DNA of 64,000 bases from Candidatus Latescibacterota bacterium (lineage in GTDB: Bacteria > Latescibacterota > UBA2968 > UBA8231), in contig CBDFJF010000002.1 of the NCBI GenBank assembly GCA_965248265.1, positions 608,001-672,000 on the forward strand, given 5' to 3'. Below, piece after piece: positions 29,773 through 42,900 of the stretch. Each line of letters starts with the position of its first letter. Positions within the stretch are counted from its first letter, which is position 1. The notes beneath the pieces were generated by a model. That model was given only the letters and a program-made list of their open reading frames with translations, ran no database searches and was not told the origin of the DNA. Both the position numbers and the translations under genes were made by a program.

Positions 29773-31043
29773 CAGGCGAACACCTCCTGCACTTTTCGCA
29801 GGCCGGTGACAAGGACATCGATCTCCGACATCGTGTTGTAGAATGCGAACGAGGCTCGCGCCGTAGCCGGTACGCCAAAGCGCTGCATCAGCGGTTGCGC
29901 ACAATGGTGGCCGGTGCGGATGGCGACGCCCTCCGTGTCCAGTATGGTGCCGATGTCATGGGGATGTGCCTGCTCCATGACGAACGACAGCACGCCGACC
30001 TTCTCGGCTGCATTGCCGATGATTCGCAAGCCGGCAATCGTATTCAGCTGCTGTGTGGCGTAGTCCAGCAATTGCCTCTCATGCGCGGCGATGCGGTCCA
30101 GGCCGAGCGCTGTGGCGTAGTCGATGGCGGCTTCCAGGCCGATGGCGCCGGCAATGTTCGGAGTACCCGCCTCGTACTTGTTGGGCAGCTCGGCGAAGGT
30201 CGTCTTGTCGAAGGTCACCGACTGGATCATCGAACCGCCCGCCTGGTAGGGCGCCATCGATTCGAGCAGGTTGCGCTTGCCGTAAAGCACGCCGATTCCC
30301 GTCGGACCGAAAATTTTGTGACCGGAAAAGGCATAGAAGTCGCAGTCCAGTTCGCGTACGTCGACCGGCAGATGGGGTGCTCCCTGGGCGCCGTCTACGA
30401 GGACCGGGATCCCCTTGTCGTGCGCCAGCCCGGTGATTTCAGCGATGTCATTGATGGTACCCAGTGCGTTCGATGCGTGGGTAACGGCGACGAGTCGGGT
30501 GCGCTCGGTGAGCAGCCGCTCGTACTCATCGAGTACCAGTACACCCTCGTCATCCACGGGCACCACCCGGAGTACGGCACCCGTTTCCTCCCGCAGCAGC
30601 TGCCACGGAACGATGTTGGAGTGATGCTCCATCTCGGTTAGGAGGACTTCGTCCCCGGCACCGATTCGAGGCCGGCCGAAGCTATGCGCAACCAGATTGA
30701 TGGCTTCTGTCGTTCCTCTCAGAAAAACAATCTCACAGCTGTCCTGTGCATTCAGGAAGTGGGCGATGCGGCCACGGGCCCGTTCATAGACGTAGGTCGC
30801 CTGCTGTGACAGAAAGTGGACGCCCCGATGGATATTGGCGTTGTCTTCTTCATTGTAACGCCTGACAGCGTCGATGACCGAGCGGGGTTTTTGCGTGGTT
30901 GCCGCGTTGTCCAGATAAATCAGCGCCTTGTTACGCACGGCGCGACCGAGAATGGGGAAATCACGACGCACGGCATCGACGTCGAAGCCGTTCTTTCCTG
31001 GATCCGTGATACCTGTCACCATAGTCGAGGCGGTGGCCGTCAT
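29772..31043 (-). CDS. sufS: Cysteine desulfurase (group II)
   Basis: YLDNAATTQKP, EHHSNIVPW, SGHKIFGPTG and RTGHHCAQP. Confidence 0.97.
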   Translation of the reverse strand: MTATASTMVTGITDPGKNGFDVDAVRRDFPILGRAVRNKALIYLDNAATTQKPRSVIDAVRRYNEEDNANIHRGVHFLSQQATYVYERARGRIAHFLNAQDSCEIVFLRGTTEAINLVAHSFGRPRIGAGDEVLLTEMEHHSNIVPWQLLREETGAVLRVVPVDDEGVLVLDEYERLLTERTRLVAVTHASNALGTINDIAEITGLAHDKGIPVLVDGAQGAPHLPVDVRELDCDFYAFSGHKIFGPTGIGVLYGKRNLLESMAPYQAGGSMIQSVTFDKTTFAELPNKYEAGTPNIAGAIGLEAAIDYATALGLDRIAAHERQLLDYATQQLNTIAGLRIIGNAAEKVGVLSFVMEQAHPHDIGTILDTEGVAIRTGHHCAQPLMQRFGVPATARASFAFYNTMSEIDVLVTGLRKVQEVFA

Positions 31044-32386
31044 CGGGCGTCCTCTTTCAGCAGGGCCTGCAGTTTGGCCTCGACCCGTCGGCGGATGCTG
31101 TCGCGGAGGACCTCGTGTGGAATGCGGTCGACGATTTCACCGGCGAAAGCCTGAGTCAGGACTCGCACGGCGTCCGTCGTCGACAAGCCGCGGGTGCGCA
31201 AGTAAAAGATGGCATCCGCGTCGAGCTGGCCGGTCGTGGAGCCGTGGCTGCATTTGACGTCGTCGGCGTAGATCTCCAACTGGGGTTTGGAGGTGACATC
31301 GGCCTCCGGGGACACCAGGAGGTTCTTGTTGCTCTGATAGGCGTCCGTCTTCTGTGCGTCCGGGTGCACGTGGATTTTGCCCCGAAACACGCCCGTCGCC
31401 TTACCGCCCAGCACCCCCTTGTAGAGCTCATGGCTGCTACAATTCGGTTGGGCGTGCTCGATGGTCGTGTGATTGTCGATGTGTTCGGATTCGGAGCCGA
31501 GGAACAGACCGTTCAAGGTCGACTCGATGCCCTCTCCGTCCAGCAGCGTGGTGATGTCGTTGCGCACCAGGCGTCCGCTCAGACTGAAATTGTGCGAGGT
31601 GAAGGAGCAGTCCCGGTCCTCAGCCACGTGCATGGTGGCCACGTGGCTGCCAGCGTCGCCCTCTTCGTGAATTCTGCAGTGGTGGACGACGCTACCCGGT
31701 CCGACGGCCAGCTCAGTGACCGCGTTGGTCAGGTAGGCCTTGTCCGTCAGACCGTGAAAATGCTCGACGACCAGACCCTCCGCATCAGCGTCGGCGATGA
31801 TGAGGGTGCGTGGGGAGGTGGCGAAGGGTTCATCGCTTCCCGCGCACTCTGTCGTCACGTAGAGGAGGTAAACGGGGGCGGCCTCGCCCGTGACGTGGAC
31901 GAAGGCACCATCCTGCAGGAACGCGGTGTTGAGCGCGGCGAATCCTCCCTGATAACGACCCGAATGTGCATCCAGGTGAGTGCGGACGATGTCCGGGCTC
32001 TGCGCGAAGGCCTCAGCCAGGCTCGTGACCTCGACCCCGGAAGACTTTCGAACCGTGGACAGCCCGGGAGAGAATCTACCATTGACGAAAACGAGTTCCG
32101 TACCGCTCCAACCAGCCAGGCGAGGCAAATGGCTTTCGTCGACGACGGCTTCTTCCCCTCCGGCGGACGATGAAACCGGCAGGTACTGCGTGCGTGCTAT
32201 GGCACCGATGCTGGCATGACGCCAGTCTTCGTCGCGCCCGGTCGGCAATCCGGCCTCGGCGAACCGGTCGCAACCAGCCTGCCGCAATCCGTGAAGGTCG
32301 GCAGCAGCATCGCCGTTCAGGCGCTTTTCAAAATCCTGAAAGCGCGTCAGGTACCATTCACGCATGTCGGACTGTTGGGCACTCAT
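31040..32386 (-). CDS. sufD: Fe-S cluster assembly protein SufD
   Basis: DEDWR, FRGKIHV, AQKTDAYQ, KPQLEIYADDVKCSHG and FYLRTRG. Confidence 0.95.
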   Translation of the reverse strand: MSAQQSDMREWYLTRFQDFEKRLNGDAAADLHGLRQAGCDRFAEAGLPTGRDEDWRHASIGAIARTQYLPVSSSAGGEEAVVDESHLPRLAGWSGTELVFVNGRFSPGLSTVRKSSGVEVTSLAEAFAQSPDIVRTHLDAHSGRYQGGFAALNTAFLQDGAFVHVTGEAAPVYLLYVTTECAGSDEPFATSPRTLIIADADAEGLVVEHFHGLTDKAYLTNAVTELAVGPGSVVHHCRIHEEGDAGSHVATMHVAEDRDCSFTSHNFSLSGRLVRNDITTLLDGEGIESTLNGLFLGSESEHIDNHTTIEHAQPNCSSHELYKGVLGGKATGVFRGKIHVHPDAQKTDAYQSNKNLLVSPEADVTSKPQLEIYADDVKCSHGSTTGQLDADAIFYLRTRGLSTTDAVRVLTQAFAGEIVDRIPHEVLRDSIRRRVEAKLQALLKEDAR

Positions 32387-32402
32387 CTGCCACGGCCTCC
32401 AT

Positions 32403-33155
32403 TCACACCGCCACCTCCTCACGCACCCAGTCGTAACCCTTCTCCTCGAGTTCGAGTGCCAGTTCCTTGCCGCCGGTCTTGACGATACGGCCGTTCATCA
32501 AGACATGGACCACGTCGGGAATGATATAGGTGAGCATCCTCTGGTAATGGGTCACCAGGATGACGCTCTTTTCCGGTGTGTGCAGCTTGTTGACGCCATT
32601 GGCGACGATGCGCACGGCGTCGATGTCGAGACCGGAGTCGGTCTCATCCATGACCGCCAGCCTGGGTTCGAGGACGGCCAACTGGAGAATCTCGTGACGC
32701 TTCTTTTCGCCACCGGAAAAACCCTCGTTTACTGAGCGTTTGAGGAAGCTCTCGTCCATTTCAACGAGTGCGAGTTTCTCCCTGATAAGAGAGAGAAAGT
32801 CGATGGCGTCGATCTCGTCCTCGCCGCGGTGCTTGCGAATCTCATTGAGGCCGTTGCGCAGGAAGTAGGCCGAGTTCACTCCCGGTATTTCCACCGGGTA
32901 CTGGAAGGCGAGGAACAGGCCTTCGCGCGCGCGCTCTTCGGCCGCCAGTTCCAGCAGGTCGCCGCCCTCGTAGGTCACGCTGCCCTCGGTGACTTCGTAG
33001 GCCTCGTGACCGGCGAGGACCTGGGCCAGCGTGCTCTTGCCTGAGCCGTTGGGACCCATGACTGCGTGGATTTCGCCGGCGCTTACTTCGAGGTCTATCC
33101 CATTGAGGATGGGGGTGCCGTCTATGCTGGCGTGAAGGTTTTCAATTTTTAGCAT
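32403..33155 (-). CDS. sufC: Fe-S cluster assembly ATPase SufC
   Basis: GPNGSGKST, FQYPVEIPGV, FSGGEKKR and DETDSGLD; ATG at 33155. Confidence 0.97.
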   Translation of the reverse strand: MLKIENLHASIDGTPILNGIDLEVSAGEIHAVMGPNGSGKSTLAQVLAGHEAYEVTEGSVTYEGGDLLELAAEERAREGLFLAFQYPVEIPGVNSAYFLRNGLNEIRKHRGEDEIDAIDFLSLIREKLALVEMDESFLKRSVNEGFSGGEKKRHEILQLAVLEPRLAVMDETDSGLDIDAVRIVANGVNKLHTPEKSVILVTHYQRMLTYIIPDVVHVLMNGRIVKTGGKELALELEEKGYDWVREEVAV

Positions 33156-33187
33156 GTCGTCCGTTTCTATCAGTGGTGCGTCTGGGT

Positions 33188-33394
33188 TTGGGCGCCCCTG
33201 GTTGCGCCTACCGACTCGAGCCGTGCGGTCCAGGAGCCCTGCGGGCGCCTGCCGTCGCTGACGTGGGGCCGAGAGAGTCGGCATCCTGCCTCCGCTCTCG
33301 GTCGCGGCTTCCTGCCGCGACCCCTGCGGGGCCTGATCCACGTCTGCTCCTGACCTTCCGGAACGAGTCGTTCGGCGTAACCAGGGGCGCCCAA
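33188..33394. repeat. 207-bp palindromic, multi-stem element (MITE/REP-like or structured RNA) between sufB and sufC
   Basis: Terminal arms 33188-33208 and 33374-33394 are reverse complements (20 of 21), with nested internal stems. Confidence 0.75.
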
Positions 33395-33463
33395 CGCATT
33401 CGCGTTGGAGCTAACAGCAAGGGCAACTTCAAAACCAAAAGGCAACTCAAAACCCTAAAACCC

Positions 33464-34927
<1,464 letters not shown>

Positions 34928-34961
34928 AATTTTCTAACCTTTACAATAAGTTTCGGCACAG

Positions 34962-34993
34962 AATATATGAATCTTGATAAAAAAGTCAAGATT
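34962..34993 (-). promoter_or_regulatory. suf promoter (TTGACT-16-TATATT) overlapped by the palindromic operator AATCTTGA-N8-TCAAGATT
   Basis: Perfect 8-bp inverted repeat at 34970-34977 and 34986-34993 covering the -35; resembles Rrf2/IscR-type sites. Confidence 0.75.
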
Positions 34994-35062
34994 GCTGGGT
35001 CTGGCAACCTTTCGGAGGGCTTGAGGACACCTGTTACCCAGGGAAGTCCGAACCAGGCTGGT

Positions 35063-35966
35063 TCAGGCAAGCCGTTTTCGCCGCACCAGGTACTGCGACA
35101 ACGCTTGATCAAACGGGGTTGAGGTGTCGAGGAGGGCGTAATCAACGCCGGCATCGCCGCATCCGTAGGCGTATTTTCGCAGCAGTTGTTCCATCAGCCG
35201 CTGGTATTCCTCCTGCACATGCCAGGGTTGCGTCTGTACCTGATCATCCTGGCTCTCTAAATCGTAGAAGCGGGTCTCCGAGCGATTCTCGAATTCGAGA
35301 TCGCGCTCCCGTGGGTCTAGAATCTGGAGAGCGAGGACCTCGTGACCGCGGTGGCGGAAGTGACGCAGGCCGTCGAGAACCTGATCACTGTCGTCGAGCA
35401 GGTCCGAGAGCACGATGACGAGTCCCCGGCGTGACAGCCGTTCGGCGAGTTCGTGGAAGGCGGGTGCCATGCGGGTGTCCGCTTCGGGCTGGTAGTGTCC
35501 GATCTCCTTGAGCAGCACGTGCAGGTGGCTTTGCACGGACCGGGGCGGCACGTAGGTGAGGGCGTGATCGCGGAAGACCATCAAGCCTACGGCGTCCCGC
35601 TGTCGCAACATCAGATAGGCCAGCGCCGCGGCGAGGCAACAGGCGTAGCGAAACTTCGTCATCGCGCCTCCCTCCTGAAACCCCATGGAGCCGCTGGCGT
35701 CCAACAGCAGATAGCACTTCAGGTTGGTCTCTTCTTCGTAACGCTTGATGTAGAGGCGGTCCGTTTTACCCAGGGCCTTCCAGTCCAAGTGGCGCAGGGG
35801 ATCGCCTTGCATGTAGGGGCGGTGCTCGGAGAATTCAACGGAAAAGCCGTGGTAGGGACTGCGGTGCAGGCCGGTGATGAACCCCTCGACGACGAGTCGT
35901 GCGATCAGGTCGAGGCGTCCGAGGCGTGAGACGACCTGAGGTTGGAGAAAGGTATCGGTGGTATCG

Positions 35967-35977
<11 letters not shown>
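35063..35977 (-). CDS. DUF58 domain (vWA-like) MoxR partner protein
   Basis: GLHRSPYHGFSVEFSEHRPY.GD, DWKA, KRYEEETNL, MIDAS-like DASGSM and VLSDL. Confidence 0.92.
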
Positions 35978-36961
<984 letters not shown>

Positions 36962-36965
<4 letters not shown>

Positions 36966-38242
36966 GTCTTGCGCTCTTTCTTCTTGGCTGCCGGAAACAG
37001 GATGTTGTTAAGGATCAGCCGGTAACCGGGTGAATTGGGATGCAGCGAGAGCCTGGTGGGCTGATCGCCGACGTGATGTTTGTGGTCCTCCGGGTCATGT
37101 CCCCCGTAAAACGTGAAGCTGCCCTTGCCGATTCCTCCGTGTATGTACTTCACTTCCTCTTCGCCTTCGACGTCAGCCAGGACGATGACGGATTCCTTGA
37201 TCAAGCCGCGGCGAAAGCCAGTCGTTTGCCCGAGAAAACCGTTTATGACGTTGGTGTGGCACTGGGTCAGCATGGCCGGTACCGGATCGTACTTGGCCGA
37301 GAACTCGAAAAGGGTGAAATAATCTGCCTCGGCCGTACGTATTTTGCGGATGTCATCTGGTGTGGTATCGATGTCGGAGTGCTCGTACACGAGCGGATCG
37401 GTCTCCAGCGTGAAGTTCTCGAAGGCAACTGTCTTGCTGAAATCCAGTCTCTGTTGCGCTTGAGGATCGGCAGGATCACCGTCGAAGATGACGGCCGCGA
37501 TATCCACTCCCTCTGCAGCCAGAGCGATATCGAATGTATCGGTCGCCGAGCACATCGCAAACAGGAAGCCGCCTCCCGTGATGTACTGGTAGAGCTTGCG
37601 AGCGATCGCTTTTTTCTCATCAGACACCTTCTCGAATCCGAGCCCACGGGCGATGGCCTCGTAGAGGCGTTGCTGGTCTCTGTACCAATCCTGCGCGTGA
37701 AAACTCCGGTAAAACTTGCCGTATTGGCCGCTGAAGTCCTCATGGTGGAGGTGAAGCCAGTCGTAGTCGGCCAGCTTGCCGTCGAGGACTTCTTCATCCC
37801 AGAGTTTGTCATAGTCAATCTGGGCGTACTCCAGGGCCATGGTCACGGCATCATCCCACGGCTGCGAGTTCGGCGGGGTGTAGACGCCGACGCGCGGCGC
37901 CTTCTCCAGGCGCACGACCTCCATGTTGGAACCGTCGATTTCGGCGTATATCAGCGCGGCCGCGGATTCAGACAGGCGTTCGTAGGAGATGCCGCGAATC
38001 TGAGATTCCTCAGCGATGAGGCGATGGTCTTCCATCATGAACGCCCCGCCGCGAAAATTCAACAGCCATTCCACGGGCACATCCCGCTCCAGAGCCCAGT
38101 ACGCCAGGCCGTAGGCCTTAAGATGGTCGCTTTGCGTGACGTCCATGGGGATGAGAAGGCGGGTGGCCGATACTGGAGCGGCGACCTGGGCCGCCGCAAC
38201 GGCGATAAGAAAGAGGAGGGGAATGTACCGTGTCCGGGTCAT
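36962..38242 (-). CDS. Conserved exported class I GATase-like protein (family commonly auto-labelled 'asparagine synthetase B' in Bacteroidota)
   Basis: Signal peptide; HLKAYG, WLLNFRGG, PWDDAV, WLHLHHEDF, GGFLFAMCSATD, GGHDPED and GYRLILNN. Confidence 0.75.
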
Positions 38243-39987
38243 CCTTGTGCACCTACTCCTTCTCGCGCCGGCCGCAAGACTCGTCGCAATCGCTGAATAT
38301 CGAGCCGAACCCGCGGGGCTGCCGGATCCGCGGGAAACTGCAGCAGTGCCGTTTCGTATGCCTTGAGCGCCTCGCGGGCACGGCCTTTTTGTTCCAGCAT
38401 GCGCGCCCGTCCTAGGTGTGCCGGCAATACCAGGCGCCCGTTTGGGAACGATGTCAGCATGCTCTCGTAGAGGTTGAGCGCTTCATCCTGCGAATTTTCT
38501 TCCAGCAGCTGCGCGTGCGCCAACAGACTGCGTTCTCCCAGCTCGGCCGAGGCGTTGGCAGACAACCAGTCCCAGGCCACATTTGCCTCCTCACGCCGCT
38601 GCTGCCGCTCCAGCAATTGGGCCCGAGCCAAGGTCGACAAGGCCTGGTGCTCCGACTGGTGGTCTTCTATCAGCAACAACAACTCCAAAGCGTCGTTGGC
38701 CACGTCGCTGCCCGGATCCGTGCGCACGAGCGAGTCAAGGAGGACGATCGCATCACCAAAGTCAGCGCGGAAAAACGCCAGCCGCGCGACATCGAAACGG
38801 ACACCCGAATCATCCGGGGATCGCTCACGCCGCTCAAAGAGGCGCACCGCGTAGGCTTCTAGATCATCCAACCGAAGCGCGCATTCGGCATCCAACGCCA
38901 GCGCGGGAAGTAGCCAACTACCCTGCTTGTACTGGCCAAAAAGCCGGGCAAGGGTGGCCGCCGCGGCCCGCGGATCATTCCTGCTCTCCAGTTGTAGTTG
39001 AGCCGCCCGGAGCAGGGCCTGTGCTCCTTCCGGTCGCCCACGGGCTCGCTGAGCCACCGACAAATAGGTGGTTTCCGCCAGCTCCGGCTGTCCACGCGAT
39101 GCCATCATTTCACCCTGCCGCAACTGGGCACGGGCGTGCTGCGGGTCTGAATCCGGATAGCGCTCCAGCAGCATGGAATAAATGGAGAAGGCCTCCTTCT
39201 CGTGGCCCTCAGCTTCCGCCAACGCGGCGAGCTCGTAGATCGCCGAGGGTGCCCCAGGAAGGTCCCGGATCATGTCGATAAGACCGAGTGCCGCATCTGG
39301 GTGTCCAGTCTGCACCGCGACAGCAGCGGCCATCTGCGACACCGCGAGCGCGTCCTGTCTCCTCTTCGACTTGTCACCACTGCAGATGCTGCTTCGGCCT
39401 GCCTCAACCAAACTCTCCAGCAACCGAGCAGACGCGGCCGCGCCGGAGGTGGCCAGCTTGGAACGCAGGTAACCCTCGACGAGATGCCGGTGCCCGGGTT
39501 GGATCTTGAGGTGTTCGAACATCGACTGGACTCCAGCTTCGTAACGACCGGCATCCATATGGATTTGGGCGATTTCCCAGCCGAAGGCCTCCTCCTGACC
39601 CAGCTGTCGGCGGCCGTCTATTAGGACGGCCAGGGCCGTTTCGTCCAGGCCCGCGCGCCGGCAGCGGTTACTGACTGTGCGGTAGAGATCCTCTCGCCCG
39701 GGTACCCGCTGCAGCAACCGCTGCCAGGTCGTCGCAGCCCGGGCGGTGTCACCCTGATCGGCGTAGAGCTGTCCAAGCTCCAGGTACATCCGCTCATCCA
39801 GCGGGTGCAGTTGCAGCCAGTCTTCGATCTCCTTTTGCTTTCCGGCATGGCGCAGGCGGGCACGCTCCGCCCTCAGAGCCGCCTCATCCGTCGTGCTTGA
39901 GGAGGCACCCTCAGCAGCCTCTGCCGGATTCAGCATCGACGAGGCAGCGGTCACGTACATCAGGTGCAACAACACACGCATGATCAC
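38239..39987 (-). CDS. Tetratricopeptide repeat protein, exported
   Basis: Signal peptide; repeated helical TPR units (YLELGQLY, LLERYPDS, LTSFPNG, LLQFPADP). Confidence 0.85.
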   Translation of the reverse strand: MIMRVLLHLMYVTAASSMLNPAEAAEGASSSTTDEAALRAERARLRHAGKQKEIEDWLQLHPLDERMYLELGQLYADQGDTARAATTWQRLLQRVPGREDLYRTVSNRCRRAGLDETALAVLIDGRRQLGQEEAFGWEIAQIHMDAGRYEAGVQSMFEHLKIQPGHRHLVEGYLRSKLATSGAAASARLLESLVEAGRSSICSGDKSKRRQDALAVSQMAAAVAVQTGHPDAALGLIDMIRDLPGAPSAIYELAALAEAEGHEKEAFSIYSMLLERYPDSDPQHARAQLRQGEMMASRGQPELAETTYLSVAQRARGRPEGAQALLRAAQLQLESRNDPRAAAATLARLFGQYKQGSWLLPALALDAECALRLDDLEAYAVRLFERRERSPDDSGVRFDVARLAFFRADFGDAIVLLDSLVRTDPGSDVANDALELLLLIEDHQSEHQALSTLARAQLLERQQRREEANVAWDWLSANASAELGERSLLAHAQLLEENSQDEALNLYESMLTSFPNGRLVLPAHLGRARMLEQKGRAREALKAYETALLQFPADPAAPRVRLDIQRLRRVLRPAREGVGAQG

Positions 39988-42900
39988 GGCAGCGAGGATC
40001 CTTCCCCAGGGGACGCGCGCTCTCGTGCCACGTCTTCGTAGACCAGCTCGTAGTAGCGGCGGATCACATCCCAGTACTCGTGTGGGTAATCGCCGGAAAG
40101 CGCTCGTTTCATCGCCTCACGCAACTCATCGGGGGCTTGTCCCAGATCGGCAGGCAACCACGGACCAACGTAAGTGCCGGGGTCCATGGCAGATTCGGAG
40201 ATTCTTTCCTGTTTGAAACCACGGGTGTTCACGGACCGACTGGCATCCAGCATGCGCTGGAGTATTCGCTGTTGTGATTGCCCCAGGCGCGCACTCGGAT
40301 TGCGACGTCTCATCTCACTCAGCGCCGTAGCCATCTCCCTGTCGATCTCTGCCAGTTGCTTTCGGGCGCCGCGATGACCGCGCAATCCGCGCTCGAGTTC
40401 TGACAGGGCGCTCTGAATGCGCCGTTGCTCTCGCGCCAACCGACCCATCTGGGATCGCCAGTCTTGCCCGGGCCGACCTTCTTTACCCAGCTGCGTGCCT
40501 TGTCCGAGGGATTCCTGCGTGGCCTGGTTGAGTGCGGCCTGCTGCTCGGACAGTCCCATCATTTTCTCCATGGCTTCACCGAAGCCGGAGGGGGTGCGTG
40601 AGTTGCGGATATCATCGGCGCTTTCGCGTAACAGCAGGGCGGCCTCGTTCATGCTCTTGAGCGCTTTCTGCTGGTGCGGGGCTGAGCGCGCGCCGTCGCC
40701 ACCACCGAGCAAAGAGGCGGCCTGCTTCATGCTCTGCAGCACATGCCCGAGTGTCGTCGGCAGCCCCAGATTCAAGTTGACGGTCTTGCGGCCAACCTCG
40801 GCCAGCTGGTCGATCAGCGCGCCTGTGCCATTCAACAGCGCGAACTGCTCGTCGGCCAGCTCCGGGAGCGCCTCAGTCGGTCGCGTAGGATTCCACGAGC
40901 GATTCAGCAGGTCCTCCTGATTGAAGGACAAGGCAACCAGGGATCCCATGGCCTGCTTCAGTGCCCGCAGCAAGTCCTGCTTCTGAGACGCAACGAACTC
41001 CTGCTGAATCTGCTCCAAGCCCGATGAAAGCGCGCCCAACTCCTCTTCGAGGTCTTCACCCAGCTGCCTGGCCTGGGCCTGCTGCCGTTGCGATCCAAGC
41101 TGTGCCGACAGCTCCTTCATGCGACCGGATAGACGGTTTTCCTGCATGCTCTGAGCATGCCGCTCGAGCTCATTGGCGGCTTCCTCATCATAAGGCCGGG
41201 CATCGTCTGCCAGCTCGCTGAGCTCCTGCTGGAGGCTTTGGGTGTCTTCGCTCAGACGGGCCTCCTGCTTCTGCAGTTTCGGGCCTTCACTCTGTTCCTT
41301 CATGGCCTCGTCGATGAGTTCCTGCCGGGAGTGCAGGTCCTGAGCCTGACTCACAGCGTCCTCGAGGCGCTGTTCCAGGTCAACCTGGCGCAGCAGGGCC
41401 AGAGTGCGGTCGAGCCTCTGCTGGAAAGCCTCATGGTCCGCAGCGAAGTCCGCCAGAGCCTCGGCCAGTTCCTGCGGCTCGATATCCTGCATGGCATCCT
41501 GAAGTGATTGCAAGGCCTCCTGCAGTTCCGGCGACGTGACTTCCTGCATCAACTCTCGGATCTCGTCCAGCTTGTCGAGAATCTCCTCCGATGCCAGGCC
41601 GCTTTCCTGCATGGCCTGCATCGTCTCCTCCATTTGCCGTGCCAGCTCCGACACGGCGGTGGCGCGTTCCTGTTGCTGCTCAATGGTCGCCTCGAGTTCC
41701 TTTCGCTGCTGCCAACTCAACTCCTCTTTCTTGAGCAACTCACGGCGGATCTGCTCGACAAACTCCGCCGTTTCTTCGTCATCTTCTGCCATCAATTCGT
41801 TTAATGCTTCGATTTGGTCGCTTCGTGTTTCGGAGAGTTCGGTCATCAATTCGTACAGGGATGGATAGCGAAAGGTGAACTCGCGACTGCGTCCTTTCTT
41901 GGGTCCGGACACCAGGTCGTTGTCGCTGACCTGAGCATGATAGTGAACCAGGTCGTCCGGCAGCAGCTCGAGACCATTCAGGTCCCACGCATGAATGACG
42001 GTGAGCTCGCGTCCGCCACCGCCACTCAAGGCCATCTGGTTATCATCCCCGTCGTTGACCCGGTACACGAGGTCGATCCCGGCCACACCGAAATCGTCCT
42101 GAGCTTCGAGGCCGAGGACGACGTGGAGGTCTTCCGGCAGATCGGCATCGCGGCCGGGTTCGGTCACCGCAATTCGTGGTACTTCGTCGAACAACGGCCT
42201 GATGGCATAGCGAATGGGATCGCGATTGCGGATTCCCCGATGATCAGTCAGTTCGACGTGATAGTGGCTTCCCGATACCCGCGGCGCGTCGAGCGCGTAA
42301 CTCGCTTCCAGCCCCTGGCCGGTGGTGTCCGCGGACAGGTACCAAGCGATGTGCGCCCGCGTGTCCGTGATCTGAGCGGGCAAACGCAGGCTGTCGTCGA
42401 CAACGACGGCCGCAGTGCTAAGGGATTTACTGGAGATGATCTCCAAGTCGACGCGCGTGCCGATGATGGCGCGCACATCGCCGCTGACCTCGTCGATTCG
42501 GTCCGGCAAACCTGTGTAGGGTGGAAAGGCGTAGCGTACCTGCAGCTGCTGCACCACGGGCGACTCCAGAACATCGATGCGCGCAGGTTGACTCGCACCG
42601 TCGCCGGCCTCAATCACGTAGGTCAATGGTCTGCGCACACCCGCAAAAACGTACCGCAGGGAATCGGACGCTGTGGGGGCGGGGAGTACGATCTCCTCAA
42701 TTTCCCTCCACGGCATCTGCGGGCTCTCGCGACTCAGGATCCGGGCACTGGGAGGTACCTCGCCGCGCACGCGGAAGTGGACTACCGCGTCATCGCCCTT
42801 GACGATCTCCAGGTCACCCGTCAGCGAAGTCACCGTTGTGGCTGAGACTCGCACATAAGGCCGGGTCGGGTGCAGGCAGCGATCCAGCGCCGGGATCATG

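Noticed and set aside
33156-33341. 62-aa N-terminal extension of SufC, and small ORFs in the sufB-sufC gap
   Set aside because: These are read-through of the GC-rich palindromic element; canonical SufC begins at MLKIENL (33155).
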